Positions 24,630 through 35,400 of a stretch of DNA of 64,000 bases are shown one piece after another. This DNA comes from Callorhinchus milii (lineage: Eukaryota), in NCBI RefSeq assembly GCF_018977255.1, contig NW_024704742.1, forward strand, positions 35,652,001-35,716,000, written 5' to 3'. The stretch's first letter is position 1. Every line of letters starts with the position of its first letter. The notes under the pieces are model-generated. The model did not search any database and was not told the DNA's origin. It worked only from the letters and a program-made list of their open reading frames with translations. The translations under genes and the position numbers were made by a program.

Positions 24630-25505
24630 TGATTGTAACAAATAGTCATTCATCAAAAATAATCAGAATTTTAACTGTATAAGACTGTATAATTCACACT
24701 AAAATATCAGTTAAATCACTTAATTTAGAAGGTTACTAAAATCCATTTGCTTGTTTTTACTGTGTAACCCACCATTAGGAGGAATATGAGAATGAAATCC
24801 TGCTTTCCTTCATTCCACGGTGAAGGAAAATAATCCTTTATTTGGACACTTTGTTGAGTGTCCAACACAGGCACTCAACGTATAATACGGCTAAATGATT
24901 ATCTATTGTCATATTGATTTATTCATAGAAGTTGAATTCCTTCTGTGACCATTTTAAAGTTGAACATTTGACATGTACTACAAATTAAAGGAGACAAATA
25001 ATATTAGCAAAAAAAACTGTAAAAAAAAGGTGTCTAATTAATTGGTCTTGGGCATTTGACAAAACAATTGACATTGTTCCTACCTCCTGTGAACATTTCA
25101 TTAGAAGTGTTAAATTCAAAACACCAAATTTTAGTCATTGGTTTGAATCTCTCCCGTGGCTTAAAAGCACAACTTTTCCAAATGGAGAAAAGTTGGAGTA
25201 TTGACATCTCACATTGCTTGTCTGTTAAAGGATACTGATAGTCACAAACCATTTGGTTGATTTGGGCTCCAAAAGTGGGAATGAAGGCCCTCCAGTGGGT
25301 GAACTACTGAATGGTTGGATAGGTACCTGTCCACACAGAATGAAGGAAAACAGGATGTATTCTCATATTCCTCCTATTGGTGAGTTACACATAAAAAACA
25401 AGCAACTGGATTTTTAGTAAACCTCTCAGTTAAGTGATTTAACTGATATTTGTAGGAATAATAATAATTTGGCTATTTATTAGAGTTATTAGTTTGTTAC
25501 AAGTC
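24630..25505. mobile_element. Foldback/MITE-like element with long inverted arms
   Basis: 24702-24815 is an imperfect reverse complement of 25338-25451; weaker outer match TTGTAACAAA / TTTGTTACAA. Confidence 0.7.
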
Positions 25506-26777
25506 ATTGAATGATATTTATTGCTGGAGACATTTTGAATGGTATCTGTAGACTGACTGGTCCAGCCATAGACTTGTTGACAGAAAACGTATTATTGGTG
25601 TCATTTGATTTATTCTGAGTGAAACATATTGTAGGATTGCCTACCTCCCTGGCTAAAATCAAGGAATTTGCTGAATTTTTGTTCATTTAGTTTCTTCTGC
25701 TGAAAGAAATAAAATTGTGGATATTGATAATGAAAATTTTAAAATTTATAACATACATTAAACAGGGATCTGCTAGCAAAAACAACAAATTCAACTTTGT
25801 CTTTGATAGCTGCACTACCCTTAGGAGTAAGATAAATGGGGGGGGAGGGGGTGTGGTGAGGCCAGATCACTGGACTCATACAATAGTTTTGTAGTGGTGT
25901 GGGAAGTAGATATGTACTCTCCTGAAGTTACTGAAATTGAGTTGAGCTGCAAATGTTGGTGATTCATTTGTCATAAGACAGAATTTTTTATCCTGCTCCA
26001 TTGCGTTACTTCAAGTTCTGAAAACCCCAGCAAATTTACAACCAGAATTTTGCTTGCTTTTCAGGATAAACAAAATTCATCAGTTATCACATTCATCAGT
26101 TGAACTTGTGTCAGCAGCTTAATCTCAATCACAGAGAATAAAGCATTTCCATGTCACACACAAAAATTTAAATTGCCTTCATCCATGAAACCATGTTCAA
26201 TTTTCTGTTTTGTTATCTTTATTCCTCACATTTGATGGACATAAATTCACTGAAGCATGTCAAAAAATTTCCTGAAAGTAAGAAATACATAACACTTTTT
26301 TTTACATTCGTTGAGTTGAATTTTAAAGTGCTCTGGTTTTGTCAAAACTTGTGTTCAAAGATTACTATAGAAGCAAATTGAGTAACATAGTCAAAGAATA
26401 ATGACACTATTACCTTTCTATAGCATCTGGTACAGTATAAAAATAAAACACATTGATTCCATCTCTTACCCATTTTGGGCAAACGTAATGAAACATTAAA
26501 TACAATGTACAGTAATACAATCTTCCAATGCCAGTCTTTCCACCTTGGATCCAGTGGCTTAGTGATAGCACTCTCGCTTCTGAGTCAGAAGGTTGTAGGT
26601 TCAAGCGCCAGGTCAGGAATTGGAATCACATCGTCTAAGATGATGTTTCAATGCTGTGCTGGGGGAGTGTTTCATTGTCAGAGGTGCCGTCCTTTGGATA
26701 AGAGGTTAAACCGAGGACTAATATACCTGTTCAGGGGGATGTTAAAGATACCAAGGCAAACCACTTTACATTATAAA

Positions 26778-26876
26778 CAAAACACAAAATACTGCAGATG
26801 CTGGAAATCTGAAACAAAACAGAAGTCAGCAGGTCAGGCAGCATCTATGAAGAAAGGAAAGTGAGTCAACGTTACG
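26778..26876. mobile_element. Fragment of a common shark repeat, possibly Penelope-associated; weaker copy at about 40950-41040
   Basis: aaatactgcagatgctggaaatctgaaac...agcaggtcaggcagcatct recognised from memory of chondrichthyan repeats. Confidence 0.5.
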
Positions 26877-27009
26877 AGTCCTCGATTTAACATCTTATCC
26901 AAAAGACCAGATGCAAGGAACAAATGCAAGGATTATTGTTATTATTAACTCAGACCTAAAGAGAACTCCTCCCTTCTCTCCCTTTGGACCATCACTTAAT
27001 TTCCCTTAA

Positions 27010-28855
27010 TTCCTCAATCCCTCTCCCCACCGCCACCCAACCGACCTCCATCTCCTACTACCCCTGGAAAAAAATCTCCCCCCTCAGCTGCATTGGAGTC
27101 ATCTGAACTCCTTCCCCTCTGGGCGTCCTCCCGCAATGACCTATCCTCCTCTTCTCCACAACTCCCTCTCCTCCCAACCTGGCCCCTACCCATCCCTTCC
27201 TCCACATCTTTAAACCTGTCTCCCCCTCCTCTCTCATCACCACCATAGCCCATATGAAACCTACCACCTGCTCGCTCGACACCATCCCTACCCCTCTCCT
27301 TACCTCACAGCTCCACCTCCTTGCCCCTCTACTTACTAACATCGTAAACCTCTCCCTGTCCTCTGGTACTGTTCCCACACCATTAAAAAACGCTGTCATC
27401 AGTCCTATCCTTAAAAAATCCTCCGTGGCCCCTTCTCTACTCCCTAACTACCGTCCCATCTCCAACCTCCCCTTCCTCTCCAAGGTCCTGGAACGGGTTG
27501 TTGCTTCACAGCTTTGCTCCTTCCTCTCCCGCCACTCCCTTCTTGAACCCCTCCAATCGAGTTTCCGTGCTGCCCACAGCCCTGGTCAAAGTGACAAATG
27601 ACATTCTGTCTATCTGCGACCAGGGCTCCCTCTGCCTCCTGGTCCTCCTTGACTTCTCTGCTGCTTTTGATACCGTCGACCACTCTATCCTCATCCACCG
27701 CTTCTCCTCTCACCTGTCTCCATGGCGCTGATCTTGACTGGTTCAGATCGTACCTCTCACACCACCAGCACTTCATCTCCACAAACAGCTTCTCCTCTAG
27801 CCCCCGGACCATCTTGTGCGGGGTTCCTTAATGCTCTGTCCTTGGACCCCTCCTCTTCAACATCCATATGCTCCCTCTTGGTGACATCATCCGCAGACAT
27901 GGGGTCAACTTCCAAACGTATGCAGATGACACCCAACTCTACCTCTCTGCCTCCACACTTGACTCCAGGACCACTGCTGTGCTGACTGTCTGTCAGACAT
28001 CAAGTCGTGGATGAGAGCAAACTTTCCTCAGTTGAACGTCAACAAGACCGAGGCTCTCCTGATTGGGACCCGTCAGCGCCTCCACACCTCAGGCGCTGAC
28101 AGCATCACCATCCGTGGTTGAACACTGCACCTTACTAAGCCAGTCCGAAACTTTGGGGGTCTTGTTTGACCCTCAACTATCCTTTCTACCCCACATCTGC
28201 GCCATGACCCGCTCTGCCTTCCCCCACCTCCGCAACATTGTCCGGCTCCGACACTGTCTCACACCGCAGGCCACCGAAACCCTCATACATGCCTTCATTA
28301 CATCGAGGCTCGACTATGTAAACTCAATGCTTTGTCGGCTTCCCCAAGTCCTCCCTCCACAGGCTGCAGATCACCCAGAACTCTGCAGCCCGTGTCCTCT
28401 CCCACACCAGGCTCCGCGATCCCATCACCCCCATCCTCACCCGACTCCACTGGCTTCCCATCACACAGAGAATACAGTTCAAGATCCTGGTCCTCACCTT
28501 CAAAGCCCTCCAGTCTTGCTCCCCCCTACCTCTCTGACCTCCTAACCCCCTACCATCCTGTTCGCTCCCTCCGCTCAGCGGGCTCCGGCCTGCTTCACGT
28601 CTCACGCCTCGCTCGGCCCACTATCGGCGGACGGGCCTTCCGCCACTCTGCCCCCACTCTCTGGAACTCCATCCCCCAGTCCCTCCGTCTCGCCCCCTCC
28701 CTCGCAACCTTCAAGACCCACCTCAAGACGCTCCTCTTCGACCGTGCTTTTGATCTCCCTGCTTCCCCCCCACTGCCCTCCCCCACCCCGACCCCCGGCT
28801 CTGGTCCAGCGCCTTGGGATGTGAAAGGCACTTTACAAATGTAATTTGGTTGTTC
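27010..28855 (+). mobile_element. Decayed L2 LINE immediately upstream of the CFAP299 promoter
   Basis: [40 protein letters not shown] DNA, APTLWNSIP; 3' tail ends about 28854. Confidence 0.92.
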
Positions 28856-28879
28856 TCTCATTGTGAACCAGGGCTGTGG

Positions 28880-29195
28880 CCGGAAGTCACGGTTGCTACG
28901 GCAAACAGCTACTCAGTGACCGGAAGTCGCGGTTGCTACGGCAAACAGCCACGCACTGACCGGAAGTCACGGTTGCTATGGTAAACATCTGCTCACTCAT
29001 CGCGCCACGGTTGCTGTGGTAACAAGGGTGGTGACCCATCATCACACTTAACATGGTAAACAACGTGCACAGTGGCCGGAAGTAATGGTTGCTATGGTAA
29101 CAGCCTAGCCAATGGCCAGACGCCACGGTTGCTATAGTAAACAGACTGCCGGCGACCGGAAGTCACAGTTGCCAGGAGGCAGTAGTCGGGAAGTT
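28880..29195 (+). promoter_or_regulatory. CFAP299 promoter: tandem ETS (CCGGAAGT) and RFX X-box motifs plus CCAAT
   Basis: CCGGAAGT at 28880, 28920, 28960, 29076, 29156. GTTGCT...G(C/T)AA(A)C X-boxes at 28892, 28932, 28972, 29010, 29088, 29128. CCAAT at 29109. CpG-rich and directly upstream of a ciliary gene ATG. Confidence 0.85.
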
Positions 29196-29211
29196 TGTGG
29201 ATCTGTTAAAT

Positions 29212-29322
29212 ATGTTGGGCGACGCTTCAGGTTCGGCGGTGGACAATATTGTCACCGAGTTCGACACTTACGAGGATTTCTTGGACTCGCAGATCACGTC
29301 TCAGGATCTGTTCTATTTAGAG
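29212..29322 (+). CDS. CFAP299: Cilia- and flagella-associated protein 299 (C4orf22), coding exon 1
   Basis: MLGDASGSAVDNIVTEFDTYEDFLDSQITSQDLFYLE resembles the human N-terminus as I recall it (DNIVTQFNAYEDFLDSQITTVDLYYLE). Phase-0 donor GAG|GTCAGT. Syntenic with FGF5. Confidence 0.93.
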
Positions 29323-29386
29323 GTCAGTGGTCCTCACCCGAGCACCGCTCCCGCCCACAGCGGGTCAGCACCGGCACTGTCCCTCA

Positions 29387-30308
29387 CCTCTCACTGTGGT
29401 CAGTCTATACCTCTCACTGTGGTCAGTCTATACCTCTCACTGTGGTCAGTCTATACCTCTCACTGTGGTCAGTCTATACCTCTCACTGTGGTCAGTCTAT
29501 ACCTCTCACTGTGGTCAGTCTATACCTCTCACTGTGGTCAGTCTATACCTCTCACTGTGGTCAGTCTATACCTCTCACTGAGGTCAGTCTGTACATCTCA
29601 CTGTGGTTAGTCTATACCTCTCACTGTGGTCAGTCTATACCTCTCACTGTGGTCAGTCTATACCTCTCACTGTGGTCAGTCTATACCTCTCACTGTGGTC
29701 AGTCTATACCTCTCACTGAGGTCAGTCTGTACATCACCTCTCACTGTGGTCAGTCTATACCTCTCACTGTGGTCAGTCTATACCTCTCACTGTGGTCAGT
29801 CTATACCTCTCACTGTGGTCAGTCTATACCTCTCACTGAGGTCAGTCTGTACATCACCTCTCACTGTGGTCAGTCTATACCTCTCACTGTGGTCAGTCTG
29901 TACATCACCTCTCACTGGGGTCAGTCTGTACATCACCGCTCACTGTGGTCAGTCTATACCTCTCACTGTGGTCAGTCACTATCTCACCACTCACTGTGGT
30001 CAGTCTGTCCATCACTTCTCACTGTGGTCAGTCTGTATATCACCTCTCACTGTGGTCATTCTATACATCACCTCTCACTGTGGTCAGTCTGTGCGTCACC
30101 TCTCACTGTGGTCAGTCTTTACATCACCTCTCACTGTGGTCAGTCTGTACATCACCTCTCACTGTGGTCATTCTGTACATCACCTCTCACTGTGGTCAGT
30201 CTGTACCTCTCACTGTGGTCAGTCTGTACATCACCTCTCATTGTGGTCAGTCACTACCTCACCTCTCACTGTGGCCAGTCTGTGCATCACCTCTCACTGT
30301 GGTCAGTC
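29387..30308. repeat. Minisatellite, 23-bp unit CCTCTCACTGTGGTCAGTCTATA with a 28-bp variant (...CTGTACATCA)
   Basis: Roughly 35-40 tandem units starting 64 nt after the CFAP299 exon 1 donor; remnant units at 30489-30525. Confidence 0.97.
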
Positions 30309-30490
30309 AACAACAACAACAACAACAACAAGATTCCATTTATAGAGCGCCTTTCACGTCGGGAGGACGTCCCAAGGCACTGTACAGTTGGGTCAGGACC
30401 CGAGCAGGGGGGAAATGGTCAGGGTGAGGGGAGGGAAGGGAGGGAGCGAGGAGGGGGTAGAGAGTCGAGAGGGGAGCTGAAGGCACGGTC
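30309..30490 (-). mobile_element. Short young L2 3' end inserted in the minisatellite
   Basis: (CAA)n tail plus the reverse complement of the 3' end seen at 4750-5100; TCACTGTGGTCAGTC on both sides. Confidence 0.9.
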
Positions 30491-30604
30491 ACTGTGGTCA
30501 GTCTGTATCTCTCACTATGGCAGACAGGTAATCTTATTTGGTCAGATTCTCTTAACCGAACCTCTTACTGAAGTCAGATACTCTGTACAATACAATACAA
30601 AAGT

Positions 30605-31975
30605 ACATTTGTGTAACGTCTTTCACGTTGTGAGGATATCCCAAGGCACTGGACGGTCAGGGATTTGGACCCGGGCTAGGGTTCGAGATCGGGGAGGGTG
30701 GCTGAAGGTGTGGTCGAAGAGGAGGGTTTTGAGACGTGCCTTAAAGGAGGCAAGGGAGGGAGCGAGGCGAAGAGAATGTGGGATGGAGTTCCAAAGGGTG
30801 GGGGAAGAAATGCTAAAGTCCCGACTGCCGATGGTGGGTGGGCGGTCCGGATGGGGAACGTGGAGGAGGCCACATCCTGCTGAGCAGAGGGAGCGGACAG
30901 GTTGATATGTGGTTAGCAGATCGAGGAGGTAGGAAGGAGCAAGTCCGTGGAGGGCCTTGAAGGCGAGGGCGAGGATTTTGAACTCCATCCCCTGGGGAAT
31001 GGGGAGCCAGTGGAGCCGGGCGAGGGTGGGTGTGATGGGGCCACTGAGACCGGTGTGGGAGAGGACACGAGCTGCAGAGTTCTGGATGGACTGCAGCCTG
31101 TGGAGAGAAGAGAAGCCTCGATGTGATGAATGCGTGGATGAGGGTCCGGTGCCCTGAGGGGTGAGGCAGTGGCGGAGCCGGGGTGATGTTACAGAGGTGG
31201 GGGAAGGCAGAGCGGGTCATGGCGCGGACGTGGAGCAGAAAAGACAGTTGAGACTCAAACAGGACGCCAATGTCCCGGACTGGCTTAGTAAGGTGGAGTG
31301 AGCAACCATGGATGGTGAGGCTGTCAGCACCTGGGGTGAGGAGGCGCTGACGGGAGCCAATCAGTAGAGCCTCGGCCTTGTTGACGTTCAACTGAAGAAA
31401 GTTCGCTCTCATCCAGGACTTGATGTCTGACAGACATTCTGTCAGGACAGCAGTGGTCCTGGAATCGAGGGTGGAGGCAGAGAAGTACAGTTGGGTGTCA
31501 TCTACATACATGTGGAAATTGATCCCATGTCTGCGGATGATGTCACCAAGAGGGAGCATATAGATATTGAAAAAGAGGGGACTAAGGACAGCCCCGAAGA
31601 ACTCCGCACAAGATGGTGTGGGGGCTAGAGGAGGAGCCGTTTGTGGAGATGAAATGGACAGAACCGTGAAGGTTGAGGTGAGAGGAGAGGAGGTGAGATT
31701 CACATTTGCTTCAGTAAGAGATTCACATTTGTTTCAGTGGGTGCAAATCACAGTGGGCTTGCTTCCCTTGTGTGGTCCTTTGAAGGGAGTGTGGAGTGGG
31801 AGGGAGTCCTGTTTCAGTGCATTTGGCTCTTTAATAACATTCGGTGAACTGCAAAATCAAGTCTTGACAAAGGACATAGGACAGAGTCCTGAGAAATGCC
31901 GCACAAGATGGTGTGGGGGTGAGAGGAAACACCGTTTGTGGAGATGAAATGGAGATAGTGTGAGAGATAGGATCT
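30605..31975 (-). mobile_element. L2 LINE with an internal non-L2 segment (31698-31864) and duplicated L2 piece
   Basis: [32 protein letters not shown] motifs; non-L2 segment shared with about 55570-55724. Confidence 0.88.
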
Positions 31976-34900
31976 GTAGGTTACGGCTCGGCGTCATGCT
32001 CCCCCACTTTCAAGCACTCTGGGACACTACCCTGCTTGAGGAGCGCGATATAAATGCAAGTTGTTGTTGTAACATCTTTCACAGTTGTTAGATTCTCTGC
32101 ATCTAACCCTTCTCACTGTATGTTTAGATACTCTGAACACAGTCTCTCTCACTGTGTAGTTGGATATTCTGTACCCACCATCCCTCTTTAAAGACTCATC
32201 CGAAGGTTGGAGCCTTCAACAATACAAGCACCCCAGCACTGTGATCAAGTGTCACGCGAAGCTATGTTAGTTCAAAGTCCTCACATAGGGCTTGAACCCA
32301 CAAATGTCTGTCTCAGAGTCAACAGTACTGTCAACTGAGGAAGGCCGACACCAATATTTTGTTGCATTGAAAAGAAATGCTTTTTTGAAAGGTCAGCTAC
32401 TTTTGGGGCTGTTTCTGCTGCATTTTTGTATGTTTATGAAATTTTAAAATAAAAATGATTCCTTTGGCTTGCTTACAAAAGGCCAGAGGTTCACAGATTT
32501 TTCTTTAATTAAACCAAAATCAGGGCACATGACCTGCTATGTAAATATCAGCTTTTTCTCCAATCTGTGCACAAATCTGGGAGTATATAATATATGAATG
32601 GGCACAAGATCTGACCTGCTTCCATTAATCGCATTCAGCGTCTTTCTAGTAATTGAACTAACATTGTAATTAACATTTCAAGCTGATACAGAATTTTTCT
32701 GTGTTGGGTGTACCTAATATATGAAGGGAAATTTACTTTGCAGTATTGCATCTTATTTAATTCCTTTTTTTATGCTTCAAATTTGTAGAGAGCTGTAATT
32801 ACCAAATAAAGTCTAAAATTTCTAGAATATGACAAAGTGCTGTTTAATTAATTTTACAAAATCTTACATTTCATTTTGTGTACTAATGCAGTATTTCTTG
32901 CAACTTAGATGTACTTTTTAATTCAGCATTATAAAATATTCTCTTATCATAAATTCAATATTGCAACTTCATAATTGTTTTGAGAGCAATTCAATCTGTA
33001 ACTCACATCCTGGTTGATTTTTTTTAAGTCAGATGTGGGTCACATTGCTTTATGGCCCATGTATTGTATCATTACAATTTAAGTGGACTGTTGCTTCAAG
33101 CATCCATGTGGTGGTGGCTTTTATGGATGTCAAATATATGTATATTTTTTAATTTAATTGAGTTCTGCTGACAACATAATTTTATGCCAGTAAATGTTAA
33201 CCACTTCAGCCCTTATAAATTTTTAAGTTTGGTAATTATTACTGTGTGCATTTGCAGACTTGCCAGATATTACTTAGTTCAATAAAAGAGATCATAGTTA
33301 GAGTACTTACTAAATACTGCAAATTATAATCCAAAGAAATAGCATGGTAATTTTTCGATTTGTTTTAATTTTTGAAAATTGTTCTCATCTGCATCCTTAC
33401 TCACAGCCTTTATAGATCTCCTCACATATTCACTCCTTGCTGTGTGACAGATTACCACAATTCAGGCAGTACTTTGTATGTTTACATTTTTTTAAAAAGC
33501 GGTTTCAGTTTATTTGTAAACATTCAGAAGGAAACAATTTGCATTTGTATTCTGCCTCATTACATTGAAACATCTCACAGTGCTTTACAGGTAATTTTAT
33601 CAAACATAATAACTACTTTGGTTAGCAATTTCAGCAAACTTTTGATGGTAAATGTGGCAGTCATTTCTGCCATAATGGGAAAGAGTGTTATTAGAAATCT
33701 GATGCTGAAATACTGGCTTGGATGTACCAAAGTGCAGGAAATTGGAATTCAAATGGGCTTTCTTTGGGTACCCAAAAGCACAATGAAGTGGGTTAAACTC
33801 AATTTTGATAATCCTCGTTCAGATATTAGTCAAAATAGCAATTCTTGGATCACTGGACACGTCTGTGAAGTGTGAGTGATGCTAACCTCAACACATCTCT
33901 TCTTGCACACATTGCTAGCATGCAAGATAGATTGTGTACAGTATAGGAACTTTTAATTGGAACTTTTAATTATCCCCTCACGCAGGTGATTTTATGTAGA
34001 TATTCCTTATCCTGACATAAAGCCTTCAGGCTGCCCCCTATTTAATTAGCTTAGTTGGATGATAGAAAAAAAATCTAAAAACCTTCTAAAATAGTAAAAC
34101 ACAACAGATTTGGAGATAATAGAAGTCACTAGTTTTCCAAGGTAACTGGAGAGGTAAAGAAGTAATGGATCTAACTGTTTCTCCTGCAATGGATGTGCCA
34201 AATCCTGAAATACTAATCTTTTCTGAGCAGTTGATTCAGTAATTGCTAGAGAAAATGTTGCAGATAGCGGCTTTCCTATTTGAATCACTTCTGGATTCAT
34301 ACATAATACAATAATAACATTTACATTTATATGGTGCCTTTCACATCAGGAGCGTCATCAAAAGTGATTTTGCTGGCTGGGCACCCGAGCTGGCTGTGTA
34401 AGCTGAAGGGGATGATGAGGGGAAAGATAATAATAATAATAATCCTTGCATTTGATGTAGCACCTTATCACATTGTTGAGACGTGTCAAAGCGCTTCACA
34501 AGATACACTGTAAAGTGGAATGAGTTTGTATTTTGTACATGAAAAGCGGCAGCCAATTGCACACAGCAGTGTCCCACAAACAGTCGTGGATTGAGTGACC
34601 AAATTATCAGGTATAAATATTATATTATGTTATTTTCTCACAGAAATATATCTAATTTGCTTTAGAAAGAATTGACACTTTCTGCTTCCACCATCTCCCC
34701 AGGGAGCCTTTTCCATTCATTTACTACTCGCTCACTGAAATGAGACTTTCTCTCTCTTTCTCTTACAAAGAGGGCCTTGAATGAGGGGAACGAAGGAGCG
34801 AGTTGGAGGGACTCCGGAATGGAGAACCCAGAGAGTGGGACCAGAGTGGCTGAAAGCCGTCCGTCCATAGGGATGACACTAATGATGGGACAGGCCAGTG

Positions 34901-35037
34901 TTCACTGAGTGAAAGGAGTAGTTGGGTTGGTATGGTGAAGGAGGTTGCAGAAATAGGGTGGGACAAGAATGTGGAGGGATTTCAAAGTGAGAACAAGAAT
35001 CTTGAACTTCATGTGCTGGGGAATGGAGTTGAGTGGG

Positions 35038-35400
35038 GATAATAATAATAATAATAATCTTTGCATTTGATATAGCGCTTTTCACGTCTTATGAATATCT
35101 CAAAGCACCTCACGGAATATAATGTAAAGTAAACTGTATATTTGTAGGCAAAACACGGTAGCCAATTGCGCACTCCGACCAACAGCCGTGGATTGAGCTA
35201 CCAAATTATTATTGTTTTTTTTGAGGGATTATTATCTCTGGAAAAGCAATCCGCTAATCGATTAACAACCAGGTACCTACTTACTGCTAGGTAAACGGAG
35301 GCGTGTGGAGTAAGGAAACTTGCCCAACATTTCGGCCTGCCGTGAATAGAACCCAGGTCTCTCGCTTGCGAGGTGAGTGCTCTAACCACTGAGTTATAGA
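35038..35400 (-). mobile_element. Full-length SINE abutting an L2 fragment (about 34760-35037)
   Basis: Same family; (AAT)n tail at the left, tRNA head at the right. Confidence 0.88.

Noticed and set aside
26860..26900. Hammerhead ribozyme associated with the Penelope-like fragment (also CTGAAGAG...GAAA near 45077)
   Set aside because: I could not build an intact CUGANGA/stem II/GAAA core at either site.
29387..30308. CRISPR-like appearance of the short repeat array
   Set aside because: The units are head-to-tail with no unique spacers, there are no cas genes, and the context is a vertebrate intron.
29112..30905. 597-aa ORF and overlapping 239/160/84-aa ORFs
   Set aside because: They are artefacts of a stop-free 23-bp minisatellite read through into antisense L2. 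Only 29212-29322, in another frame, is real coding sequence.
33372..33875. 167-aa ORF and other short AT-rich ORFs
   Set aside because: Non-ATG starts or low-complexity composition, no recognisable domains, and partly degenerate SINE sequence.
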